Source of the DNA: a virus
DNA length: 64,000 nucleotides
IMG/VR virus record: IMGVR_UViG_3300045988_083782
Reading direction: 5' to 3' (one strand)
The notes under the pieces are model-generated. The model saw only the letters and a program-made list of their open reading frames with translations. It did no database searches and was not told the DNA's origin. Both the position numbers and the translations under genes were made by a program. Below, piece by piece: positions 10,815 to 20,648 of this stretch (position 1 is the stretch's first letter; every line of letters begins with the position of its first letter).

Positions 10815-10840
10815 ATTTGTTTTGTTAGATACTGCTTTAC

Positions 10841-10886
10841 GTTATCTGAAAGAATCTGAAAAAGTTATCTGAAAGAATCTGAAAAA
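10841..10886. repeat. perfect tandem duplication of a 23-bp unit
   Basis: GTTATCTGAAAGAATCTGAAAAA occurs twice back to back, then GTTG, in the intergenic space between genes 10814 and 10906. Confidence 0.9.
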
Positions 10887-10905
10887 GTTGAGTAAAGTAG
10901 TATAA

Positions 10906-11406
10906 TTAAAGATTAATTACGGTTGTAGTTTTGTTTACCACCATGATGAAATTCAGAACGAATTTTCTTTGATATGATGATAGATTTTCCAAACAATAAA
11001 CATTGTTACGCTTCGGGATGATTGTATTACCAACCTGAACATACGAGTCATATTCTCGTACCGGAAGTCCTCCGATTTTATAGTCATACCCACGAGGTAG
11101 ATTACGCATCTCTGCATAATCGTGCAATTTCTTCAATGCACGTTCAAAATCCGTTGCAAGGTTATAATTACAACAGTTATTATTAAACGGACACATACAT
11201 TTAGATACGTGATAGCGCGGATTACATCCAAAGCCTACACGTTCTCCCGGACCGATATACTGATAACTTGTTTCAGTCTCAGGTCCATCAATACCATCGA
11301 TAGTCAATTCAGGATATGAATTATTCAGTTGATTCAACAAATACTGTTTGTATACGCCACGAGCGTCTGCTTTTTTATTCGGAAGTGTAATTGTAAAAGA
11401 TTTCAT
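10906..11406 (-). CDS. hypothetical Cys-rich protein
   Basis: 166-aa ORF containing CNPRYHVSKCMCPFNNNCCNYN. Confidence 0.5.
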   Translation of the reverse strand: MKSFTITLPNKKADARGVYKQYLLNQLNNSYPELTIDGIDGPETETSYQYIGPGERVGFGCNPRYHVSKCMCPFNNNCCNYNLATDFERALKKLHDYAEMRNLPRGYDYKIGGLPVREYDSYVQVGNTIIPKRNNVYCLENLSSYQRKFVLNFIMVVNKTTTVINL

Positions 11407-11444
11407 TTCAGCCTAATTTTAAAGTAAATAAATAATTTCTTGCG

Positions 11445-12371
11445 TTATTTTTCGACTAAGTTACCATATTTCAATTCATTCTCGAATTCTAGTATGAATG
11501 GTTCTCCATCTCTTACTTTAAGAAAATGAAGATACACTTTGTCTTTTACAGGTAGACGGTCTATACCATAAGCTGTTATATTTAACAACTCTGGTCGAGA
11601 TAGAGCTGTCACATAGTCGCTAGCCTGAAAAATAGCATCAGATGCTGCAAGATCACTACGCATTGGATAATGCATAGAAGGGTTGTTAATACGATCCGGT
11701 TGTTCAATATTTCGATTCATCTGTGAAATCTGTATAATACTCGTATTAGAAAGCTTCTTTTTACGAATAAACATTTTCTGTAAATCGACAATAGTACCTC
11801 TTTCAGATTCACCTTGGCCCTCTACAAGCAGGGCATGGTCAAGTATAACTATAAGCCATTTGCCTTTAGCTATGTTCTCGTGAAAGTAGTCAATAGTTTT
11901 TTCCATGTTCTCTACAGTACTTGGCGTATCAATATAATATATTGGATACTTTTTGATCTTATCTGCAACTTCTTCAATTTTATTGAATTCAGTATTAGAT
12001 AGACTTTGATCAGAACTATAGAGTTCTGCTGTAGTCTTTCTCAGTTTATTACTGAGCTTTCTACCTACCTGTCTGTAAGATAACATTTCATAACTAAAAG
12101 ATAGTATAACTATTTCCTGATCCGGATTTAAATCAATTAAGTCAGTTTCAAGCGTATTTGCAAATGCAGATTTACCACTACCACTGCCTCCAGCTATAGT
12201 AACAATCATATTTGGCTCAATACCACCACAACATACTTTATTAAATTTATTCCACCTAGTCTTAAGTGGAACAATCGTTTTGTCTTTTCTCTTGCGAATG
12301 TATTCTAATGATTCATCAGCTACTTCAGAGATAGACCTGAATGGTAAAGTATTAAAGGATTTTTGTTCCAT
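11445..12371 (-). CDS. DnaB-like replicative helicase (RecA-fold C-terminal domain)
   Basis: Walker A GGSGSGKSAF and Walker B IVILDH; size and replication context fit. Confidence 0.7.
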   Translation of the reverse strand: MEQKSFNTLPFRSISEVADESLEYIRKRKDKTIVPLKTRWNKFNKVCCGGIEPNMIVTIAGGSGSGKSAFANTLETDLIDLNPDQEIVILSFSYEMLSYRQVGRKLSNKLRKTTAELYSSDQSLSNTEFNKIEEVADKIKKYPIYYIDTPSTVENMEKTIDYFHENIAKGKWLIVILDHALLVEGQGESERGTIVDLQKMFIRKKKLSNTSIIQISQMNRNIEQPDRINNPSMHYPMRSDLAASDAIFQASDYVTALSRPELLNITAYGIDRLPVKDKVYLHFLKVRDGEPFILEFENELKYGNLVEK

Positions 12372-12918
12372 ACTGAACCTCCTTTGCTTGTTGTGATAGT
12401 TGCATTTCCTCCTCGTAACACTCCCACTCGTGTTGAGTGAGCCATTTCCACATCGTCTTCATATAACCTAACTTACCAGAAGTTACTTTATTGTCAATCT
12501 CCCACTTCAGACATCCTAATAGGTAGTCATGCATAGCTCTTGATTTTCCAATAATTTTATTATACTCTTTACGACATTTGTTTACATTAGCCCTTAAGAA
12601 TCCTTTAGTTCCATCAGGTCTTATAACATAAACTGGAAATACTTCATAGAATTCATCAAACATACTTTCTTTATCACTTTTAGTGACTTCAGCAAGTTGT
12701 TCAGATGCTCTATAAATTTTATTATCGTCAGTTATGGTCTCTACGATAATGTTACGTTGAATTAAATCTTGTATCTCTTCGTCACTTACTCGGCTGAGAA
12801 GTTCGTGAACGTCTTGATGATTATTTTGATTTTCGCTCAATACAAGATTAATAAATACTAACTGATTTATTGATATGTTGAATTTCTTCAACAGAGATGT
12901 ATCTAATTCTAGTATCAT
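12352..12918 (-). CDS. hypothetical replication-module protein
   Basis: 188-aa ORF overlapping the helicase start by 20 nt. Confidence 0.5.
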   Translation of the reverse strand: MILELDTSLLKKFNISINQLVFINLVLSENQNNHQDVHELLSRVSDEEIQDLIQRNIIVETITDDNKIYRASEQLAEVTKSDKESMFDEFYEVFPVYVIRPDGTKGFLRANVNKCRKEYNKIIGKSRAMHDYLLGCLKWEIDNKVTSGKLGYMKTMWKWLTQHEWECYEEEMQLSQQAKEVQYGTKIL

Positions 12919-12973
12919 AAAAGTTTCACTTTATGACATTTATCTAGATTCTGATACAGTATGATAAGTTATG

Positions 12974-15109
12974 TTAAAATAACGATAACTGTCTTGGTTT
13001 TAAATCTTCGATTATCTTATAGCATTCTCTTAAATAATATCTATAATTAATCTTACGATCTTCTATTGGTTTATCATCGAACATATTTAGTAGAGTAACA
13101 CCAGATGCCGTAAGCATATTCTGATACTGTTTAGTATCAGGTACTAAAGGTGGATTATACGGATCTTTACCTTCTTGAATTAAACTCCAATATGCCATAT
13201 CTGATAATTCGCTTGGATTCCAAGCATAGTGTTCTCCTATTCCTTTCCATTTCCATAAATATGCACCATCTGTAGATGCATAGAAACGATTCGTTCGCTG
13301 TATTTCTTGATTCATGTATTCAACATGCCACTGTTTACCAGTCTTTTCAGACATCAAGAATTTCTTAATATCTGTGCAACCTTTAACAGTGTCTTCAACA
13401 GGAATTCCATCTACAAAATACTTTATAATAGCTTCAGGTATGATTTTAGGTGATAAACCCTTACCTAGTAATACTTCGGTAATAAACATTCCTTTAGTTT
13501 TTATATAGTCTTTGCGAATTTCATCCATATTTCTGTATGTTTCTCCTTTTGCATTCGTAGCTCCATACTTAATATGATCTCCTGTTTTAGGATCCATTAC
13601 TGCTGTAAAATCTCTGAATTCATGCTTTTTCTTAGCATAACCTTCTTTTACTGCAATATAGTCATTGATCGCATATTGATACATAGCCTCAAAACGATCT
13701 TCTTCTAATGTTAGTTTAGTTAATTGTTCCCACTCTCTACATACGATGTTTACTTTATCATATACAGATTTCTTAAGTAAGACAAATAAACCATCAGTAT
13801 TTGCTTGTACTATTCGGCACCCTAGCTCTACTAATTTCTCTGCTAACATTAATAACAATAACTGTCCATTAATACGTATTTGCATTACTGCAAATGGACT
13901 ATAACAGAAGTTATGTTCATTTTGAAGATTACCACTCAAACCATTAAGTGCTAACTTCAATGTACTATCTTTAATTTTATCTCCGTTATGTTTAGCTTCT
14001 ATTCTTTCAGATCTAATCTGAGAATATACTTCTAAGAATTCTGGACCTAAATGTTTAGGATAAAATCCATATTCTATCAACATACTTGGATATAGTGACG
14101 CTACGTCAATATCGATAAGCATTTCATCTTCTGCTGGAATTATTATTTCAGGATCATTCTTAGAATGAATCCCACCAACTCCAACAGTATATCTCAATCC
14201 ACCAAATACAAAGTTCTTTTCATAACCTTTTCTGCCAGGAGAAACTACTTGAGTTTTCATTTCATCTAGTATAGATTTAAGTATAGGACTATCGTATTTA
14301 ATAAAAGGTAATATAACATCTTTCAGTGGTATATAGGCTTGAGGAGATCTTAAGTCTTTAATATCCCACCATGTTAAGCCTGTCTTTTCAAGATATTTGT
14401 GAGTTAGAATTTTCATTCCAATATTCACTCCATCTTTACTAAGAACTTTTACACCATACTCGTCTTCAATAGCTAATCGCAAATCAATATCTTTCTTACA
14501 CCTATCAAGTAATGCAGAAGTAGATTCAATATCATTGATATTATAATCTATCATACTGTCAAAATCTTCAATAGGCAAAGGCTTACTCCAATCACATACA
14601 AATTCCTGTACATTCTTGTATTGCATAGTAACCTGAATTTCTTTCAAGCCTACTCTAAGTTTATTAGAGTAAAGCATAGTGAGAATATCAAAGCTATCAA
14701 ACCATACTTGATATTTCCATCTTTTCCATTTTTCTATATTCTCTCCAGAGTTGGTAATCTCTCTACTTAGATTGAATATAGAATTAGTAATTACAGGTAC
14801 AGGATTTTCAGCAAGTACATGTTCATACTCTATAATGTAATTGATGACAGGATTATCATAATGTAAATTGTTATAACCGCAGAATATTTTATCTGAGTCG
14901 ATACTACAATTCGTAGTATAGTTATCATTCCATGAAACAGGCAAATTTACTTGTTTAAAGAACGATATAAGTTCAGATAACTGATTTTTACGAGGAGATA
15001 TTTCAAACTTATGTATTTCTTTTGTTTCTGTATTAATAGCAGAACAATGAAAGATATTTTGAAATACTTCGATATCATATACAAATACGGTTTTACCTCT
15101 GATTTGCAT
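12974..15109 (-). CDS. family B DNA polymerase
   Basis: Exo I VYDIEVF, Exo II HYDNPV, Exo III YNINDIEST, motif A DVASLYPS, motif B KLALNGLSGN, motif C QANTDGLFV. Confidence 0.9.
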   Translation of the reverse strand: MQIRGKTVFVYDIEVFQNIFHCSAINTETKEIHKFEISPRKNQLSELISFFKQVNLPVSWNDNYTTNCSIDSDKIFCGYNNLHYDNPVINYIIEYEHVLAENPVPVITNSIFNLSREITNSGENIEKWKRWKYQVWFDSFDILTMLYSNKLRVGLKEIQVTMQYKNVQEFVCDWSKPLPIEDFDSMIDYNINDIESTSALLDRCKKDIDLRLAIEDEYGVKVLSKDGVNIGMKILTHKYLEKTGLTWWDIKDLRSPQAYIPLKDVILPFIKYDSPILKSILDEMKTQVVSPGRKGYEKNFVFGGLRYTVGVGGIHSKNDPEIIIPAEDEMLIDIDVASLYPSMLIEYGFYPKHLGPEFLEVYSQIRSERIEAKHNGDKIKDSTLKLALNGLSGNLQNEHNFCYSPFAVMQIRINGQLLLLMLAEKLVELGCRIVQANTDGLFVLLKKSVYDKVNIVCREWEQLTKLTLEEDRFEAMYQYAINDYIAVKEGYAKKKHEFRDFTAVMDPKTGDHIKYGATNAKGETYRNMDEIRKDYIKTKGMFITEVLLGKGLSPKIIPEAIIKYFVDGIPVEDTVKGCTDIKKFLMSEKTGKQWHVEYMNQEIQRTNRFYASTDGAYLWKWKGIGEHYAWNPSELSDMAYWSLIQEGKDPYNPPLVPDTKQYQNMLTASGVTLLNMFDDKPIEDRKINYRYYLRECYKIIEDLKPRQLSLF

Positions 15110-15130
15110 ATAAATTAAAGATTAGTTTAG

Positions 15131-15243
15131 ATCCCGTAGAAGGATTCGAACCTTCGTCTTAAACCTTATTAGCTCAGTCGGATTTTACAAAGACTACTAC
15201 CTTGCTATACAGCTATATATGTCTAGCAGCTAAGTGTACGGGA
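15131..15243 (-). ncRNA. long tRNA-like element (113 nt)
   Basis: Minus strand: 5' TCCCGTA ... GAAGG TTCGAAT CCTTC TACGGGA T 3'. It has a perfect acceptor pairing and T-arm. I could not fold the interior into D and anticodon arms. Confidence 0.35.
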
Positions 15244-15290
15244 AACATCTCGTTTTTCCTAGAACGAGAAAACTACGTCTAAAGATAAAT

Positions 15291-15509
15291 TTATGAAGTT
15301 TGTAATTCTAGTAGAAATAAATCTATCCTAGAATCATCATAGTAACAATCATACTTTGTGTTTCGTAGATTGTTTGTGGCATCTGGGTACAAGCGATATG
15401 CTTCTGCAAATACTGCTTGCCCTAATCGTACTTGTCCATTTACTTTTATGGACTTCTCTGCATTCCTTTTAATCATAATGCAGTCAACTTGATCTGGATT
15501 ACGCGGCAT
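15291..15509 (-). CDS. hypothetical protein
   Basis: 72-aa ORF ending in TAA. Confidence 0.45.
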   Translation of the reverse strand: MPRNPDQVDCIMIKRNAEKSIKVNGQVRLGQAVFAEAYRLYPDATNNLRNTKYDCYYDDSRIDLFLLELQTS

Positions 15510-16113
15510 GTTTATATATATAATAACGTGGATAATCTTTCTTTATACCTTCTTGTGTATATATACGAATACTTGCAAAGTCTTCCCATTTCTGTTCTAA
15601 CTTGTCACGAAGTCCCTCTCCGATACGTCTAAGTTCCTCTACGCTCTTATTACTAGGGTTACTACTAAAAGCATACGGAAGCTTATTGCGATCTAATCGG
15701 TATACTACTAACCAATTAGTCTTTTCCTTCTTCTTTCGGGACTCTTGCGTCTTTTTAAAGCGAAAATCCTTCTGTTGCTCAATGATCTCCTTGATTCGTT
15801 TTTCATGAAGTGCGCGAGCAGTTTGTTGTTTAAGCAATCGGTTTTCCTTACCGTATACTTGTGCAACTAGTAAATTGTGTTTATTACTAAACGGCAATTT
15901 TTCATAACGTTCTGACTTCGGAGCCTTCTTAGTAAGCTCTTTCTTTACTGGTGTCGTAAACGTTAGTTCATCAAGTACTGGATGACGAAGCATATAATGA
16001 CGATTATTACTATCTCTCACTTTTTGTTCCTGATTAGCTTTCTTACTTGCTAAACCTTGTTCTGTCCAATAATTGATATATGTATTATTCTTCACTTGAA
16101 ATGTTTTATTCAT
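15499..16113 (-). CDS. hypothetical basic protein
   Basis: 204-aa Lys/Arg-rich ORF, preceded by the TTTGATAA leader motif. Confidence 0.5.
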   Translation of the reverse strand: MNKTFQVKNNTYINYWTEQGLASKKANQEQKVRDSNNRHYMLRHPVLDELTFTTPVKKELTKKAPKSERYEKLPFSNKHNLLVAQVYGKENRLLKQQTARALHEKRIKEIIEQQKDFRFKKTQESRKKKEKTNWLVVYRLDRNKLPYAFSSNPSNKSVEELRRIGEGLRDKLEQKWEDFASIRIYTQEGIKKDYPRYYIYKHAA

Positions 16114-16145
16114 TTTTTGATAAATTTAAATAGTTTGTAATAAGT
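16114..16145 (-). promoter_or_regulatory. recurrent early-gene leader motif
   Basis: Plus strand directly after CAT: TTTTTGATAAATTTAAATAGTTTGTAATAAG. Matches the consensus TTTGATAATG-Tn-TTAAATTGTTAA. Confidence 0.35.
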
Positions 16146-16152
16146 TTGTTAA

Positions 16153-16174
16153 GGGCGATTTCTCGCCCTTTTTT
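16153..16174. terminator. GC-rich hairpin with T-run (A-run on the other strand)
   Basis: GGGCGA TTTC TCGCCC TTTTTT between genes 16113 and 16186. Confidence 0.4.
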
Positions 16175-16185
16175 GTAATTGCTAC

Positions 16186-16692
16186 TTATGCAGCAAGGCA
16201 CATTGGTGCCTCGGAGAGATCAACCTCCATCTTACTATTGAACTCTTTAACTTTCTTATCGAGTTCGTTGATCACTAACTGACATTCAGCCTGACGGGCT
16301 TTGATGTAGTTGTGCGTTAACACTTCTGTTACCGGCAGTTTACGTTTCCCTTTCTTAGCCTTCTGAGTTGGATTGATAGTATTTACAAATCCAAGACGAA
16401 CGCTATATTCTTTCATGGCAGATAGACGATAGATATTAACTACATTAGCATCCGGAGATAACTCCTTCAGTTTCATCCCCATATTTACACATTGGATACG
16501 TAGTTTAACTATTACCTGCTCTTCATAAAGCTCTTTGATTTTCTCAAGTAGGTTTTTCATATCGTAATTACGACTGAACCCTTTCTTGATTACATTCTCA
16601 GTATTTATGATACGCCAATATTTGTTTATATCAGCAGTTAATTGGTCACGTTTTGCTATTAAATAGTCTACTTTTACTATATTGTTATTCAT
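16186..16692 (-). CDS. hypothetical protein
   Basis: 168-aa ORF ending in TAA. Confidence 0.5.
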   Translation of the reverse strand: MNNNIVKVDYLIAKRDQLTADINKYWRIINTENVIKKGFSRNYDMKNLLEKIKELYEEQVIVKLRIQCVNMGMKLKELSPDANVVNIYRLSAMKEYSVRLGFVNTINPTQKAKKGKRKLPVTEVLTHNYIKARQAECQLVINELDKKVKEFNSKMEVDLSEAPMCLAA

Positions 16693-17081
16693 TTGATTTC
16701 TTTTATATTTAGTTGATACTTATGTTGATTAAATATACTAGAAACCGTCACCTGTTGTGCTCGCATCTAAATCGATCTAGCAGCACACTTCTTCTTCTCG
16801 TGGCTTTCCTTATTATACGTCAGTTACGGCGTACGTATTGCGAGCGTGTAGAAAGTAAATTTAAGAAGCCTCGACCCATCGTCTTGAGGCTCTTAAAATT
16901 TACAGAATTTGTGCTTTATCTTTGTTACTCTGTATTTCATATACTTCATACATCATCCATATACTTCTTACTTTGTTACTTAGATATTGCAGAAATTTTG
17001 TTCAATTTTAAGTGTATAATAAAGCGTTACATCTGCTTAACGCTTAAAACTTGAACGAATTGTTGTTTTAGATTGTAGATA

Positions 17082-17618
17082 CTACTTTTCCTCGATATAA
17101 AGATCTACTGGAATACATCCTCCACCTAGATCAATTCCGATTGTAGTCTTACCTACTCTCCGGTAATTTGTCCCTTGGTCTTTACAGCTATTGTTGTCAG
17201 GTTGCCGTAATTCACCTCCACGTTTGAGTTTATATTCGCCTTCCGTTACACCTAGAATAGCGTTTAAAAACAATCTGTCCACGACGTAATCATAGTTCTT
17301 ACTGTCAATAGCATGATCTACAATCTCGTCCTTAATTGCATCCCGGAATCTACTCGAAGCCGGTGTATACCGAGCAAGTGCATCTCTAATAAGAAACGCT
17401 AGATCCGAAAATGACATAGTTCTTTTATGACCATAGCGGAAAAGCCATGCCCACCAAGTATCTGGAACAGATCTGAAAGTTGTCGACCCATCATCTTTGA
17501 TAACTACAGATGCTGCTTTTTCTCCATTTACAAGAACTAATTCACCAATGCGCGGATCCTCTAAGAGTAATCGAAGTAGTTTTTTACGGGATTCAGAAAT
17601 TAACTGTACTCCTTTCAT
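17082..17618 (-). CDS. hypothetical protein (annotated stop is TAG; read-through would add 15 codons to TAA at 17037)
   Basis: 178-aa ORF. The stop triplet on the plus strand is CTA. Confidence 0.5.
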   Translation of the reverse strand: MKGVQLISESRKKLLRLLLEDPRIGELVLVNGEKAASVVIKDDGSTTFRSVPDTWWAWLFRYGHKRTMSFSDLAFLIRDALARYTPASSRFRDAIKDEIVDHAIDSKNYDYVVDRLFLNAILGVTEGEYKLKRGGELRQPDNNSCKDQGTNYRRVGKTTIGIDLGGGCIPVDLYIEEK

Positions 17619-17625
17619 AGCCTAC

Positions 17626-18162
17626 TTACTCCTTCAATCCGAGTGACCGGTAATATTCGTCGTTGTTCGTTACAAGAATTTTGTTGATGTCGTCATAAGC
17701 CGAAGACCAGCCAACAATCTCTTCCAAGAGATCATCTGCTTTCTTCTTCTCGATCTTGTTCAGCTTAGTAACAACATCAGTCAGGCGATTGAGATCCCGG
17801 AAGAACGTAGTTTCCTTGGTATCTTCCATTTTCTTAATAGCAGCCGTAACGGTTTCCATAGATACTTCTTTAAACTCACACGGAGCAAGCGGGAACTGCA
17901 AGGTAGTATCACCATTCAGAGTAATAACCATACCGTTTTCATCCGGAAGTGGATCGAGTTTAGCAGAAGTAATGTCAATCATTTTGATTGAATATTTCCG
18001 TAAGGGCTTAGTAAGCCGTAAGAGACCTTCACGTACTTTGTCATTGTGACTCAGGTCCATATTGTCAGCTTCGATGCAACACAAAGTTTGACCAATAAGA
18101 TTCCAAGTAGCCAGAATAGCCCGGTACTTGTTCATGTCGAAATTAGAATTGTTAGTTGCCAT
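17626..18162 (-). CDS. hypothetical protein
   Basis: ORF 17626-18240; preferred start is MATNNSNF at 18162, preceded by AAGGAAC. Confidence 0.5.
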   Translation of the reverse strand: MATNNSNFDMNKYRAILATWNLIGQTLCCIEADNMDLSHNDKVREGLLRLTKPLRKYSIKMIDITSAKLDPLPDENGMVITLNGDTTLQFPLAPCEFKEVSMETVTAAIKKMEDTKETTFFRDLNRLTDVVTKLNKIEKKKADDLLEEIVGWSSAYDDINKILVTNNDEYYRSLGLKE

Positions 18163-20250
18163 AATTTTTTGTTCCTTTCTTGATTTATACCCTTTTTGAT
18201 GGGGTGGATTAATAACTAGTTTTACTTTTAAAATTCGCATGTTACTCTTTTCTCTTCAATTCAGTTAGTCTGCTCAGTCTCTTAGAGCCGCTTTAAAAAA
18301 GCTATGAAAGTAGACAGATGGAATTGGTCAATTCAATGACTTAGAGTAACACTACGCATCCAAAATCTGTAAATGTTTGATAATTTTGGTAATTTCTATT
18401 GCCGTAAAAATATCGAAAACAAAAATAAGATATGTAATGTCACTGTATAATAGCTGTGACACATGCCCGGATCAGACCTTCTTTTTACTGTAGCTGATCA
18501 ATCAATACGAAACAGTTTTTTGTGCCTAGTTCATATCACTATTAGATGCAATATAAACAACTTATCATCAATTCAACGAATCTCCAAGTATATTAGCATT
18601 ACAACAATCTAAGCGATTGAGGGACTTTTTATCTAAAAGTTGCAAAACTCACAAGCTGTCCGATTTTTCAGGACACCCACTTGACCTTATCAGGGATTCT
18701 TTATTTATAGTACTCGAATACTTAGGATTTCCACCTAATCAGCCTTAATGGAGGCCTCAGCGTTCTCTTACATATAATGTTGCGCATTATACTTTACGAG
18801 TTTCTTATGTCAGCGTAACGGTTGGTACTCAAAGAGTAAGGAATTACTCAAATTAGTTCTTTACAAATTCATCTATACTCGTAAGTATAAACTTCATGCA
18901 GGTGATTTACTAACAATACTCTTTAATGCTTTAAGTTAAACATGTTCATTCTCTCCTTATTTGGTATAGCTGTTCGTTTCAGCGTAGGCACTCTCCAACG
19001 AGTTCTTACAATCCTTATGTTACCTCACATACAGGAACGCTCGTCAGGGCAATACACAGAATTGCTTCTGCTTCGTGTCGGCCCCTTATGATCTCTTGCT
19101 TCGCTTCATACTGGATGTATGCGCTGCTCACTTGAGAAAACTTAGTTAAAGATACTTTGCTTACTTTGTCTGAAATTCATACGTAGTTCCAGTCCTACGG
19201 TCTCGCATTTCCTCTTACAAATATAATCCTTATACTAATCAGATTATACACAATTCAGACTTATTGCGGCCTCAAATCGCAAGTTAAGATTATATCCCTG
19301 TTGCAAAGCACTCTAGGGTTTTATAGTGACATCACTTAACATAGTCACTCTTTGCAGTTAAATACTTCAAATCACTTTGCCCTAATGGACAATACAGTGT
19401 TGCAACTGTAAGTATGAGCTGTAGACACGCAATTTACTTCTCAGACGCTAACTCTAGGTTCACATCATTACGTATAGGTTTGGCACCTAATCCGGGTAAC
19501 CTGTCATACACACTATCTAACAACGATAGTCTTGCATATGGGCCATAGCCACTCAGCCATGTCAATTTCTAGTGCTAATTTAACTTCAAAAATTCTACCT
19601 TCAGATGTATTACTTTAAATCTACCTTGTAGACTCACTTCCAATTAAATGATTTCAATCCAACGAGGTGCTATTACTCCTCTTATTAAACTATATAGACA
19701 GTATAGTCTAATATTTCATTAGTCAACGTGATAATACAGAAACACTGTAGTAGTATATGCTTTATGCTCTTACACCTAAGTAAGTGGGCAAAGGAGGGTT
19801 TGGAGCCAATCCTTAGAACGTTAGTCAGTTCATGATTACAAACATCTTTTTTTGTGACCACTCGTGTTATCGTTCCTTCTTGATTTCATCTTTGAGTTGA
19901 TCCACGAACGATTACGGAAGTTAACGATACTCCCTGCTTTGTTTAGTCTCTGCAATCTGCTCACTGCATATCACTGCGTCTTCAGTCACCAATCCGGTTC
20001 TCACTATGGGTTATGCACGCTCTCCCATTTTCCTATTATATTCTTCATGTAGATAAGTAATCAATCTACTATAATAGGTTATCATACTATAGTTATAACT
20101 TGTAGTGGTAGCTACTTATTAAACATTTCAGTATCATGTATTACTTATAATCTATCTGCAACTGATCAGGTCTAAACAGAATGTCGTAGCATTTACGATG
20201 CCCTTCGAATGTAATTCTATAGCTCTTATATACCGCTTAATTACTCTCTA

Positions 20251-20637
20251 TTAGCGGTCGCCGTTTCTCTTCGGGCTAAGATTTAATCCAAGTTGTGGAT
20301 TAGGAAGCGGCATAAGCCGATTAAGCAATTTTGTTGTCTTAATAGTATTTTCTACATAAACCTCCTTTTCTACTTCTTTTGTTATATACTCTAGACGTGT
20401 CTCAACATCTTTTGTTATGGTCACAGTAGCATCTGCGGATGTTTCTCCTACAGTTACTTTGTCAGTTCTGAGATCAATATTCAGAGCTAGGTTCTTTCCA
20501 TTGTTAGGTACGTCTACCACACGAGGAATAACCATTTCTCCGGCTTGAACTGCCTGACTTGGGGTAAATGGATCATATCCAATAAACCCTCCGAAAATTA
20601 CTGCAAATGCAGCAATTGCCAAATTTCTGAGCTTCAT
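20251..20637 (-). CDS. secreted or membrane-anchored protein
   Basis: N-terminal MKLRNLAIAAFAVIFGGFIG looks like a signal peptide or anchor. Confidence 0.5.
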   Translation of the reverse strand: MKLRNLAIAAFAVIFGGFIGYDPFTPSQAVQAGEMVIPRVVDVPNNGKNLALNIDLRTDKVTVGETSADATVTITKDVETRLEYITKEVEKEVYVENTIKTTKLLNRLMPLPNPQLGLNLSPKRNGDR

Positions 20638-20648
20638 TGATTGATGCT

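Noticed and set aside
19864-20052. 62-aa plus-strand ORF inside the 2-kb island. The same applies to 25625-25822 and 16713-17054 in other islands.
   Set aside because: They are isolated, of wrong or unsupported orientation, start with no convincing initiation context, and have odd composition. I treat them as chance ORFs, but they could be re-examined if the islands prove to be transcribed.
18241-20250. The large islands as group I or group II introns.
   Set aside because: They lie between genes rather than inside them. No intron-encoded ORF is present, and I could not recognise domain V or P7-type consensus elements by eye. This needs an Infernal scan to exclude properly.
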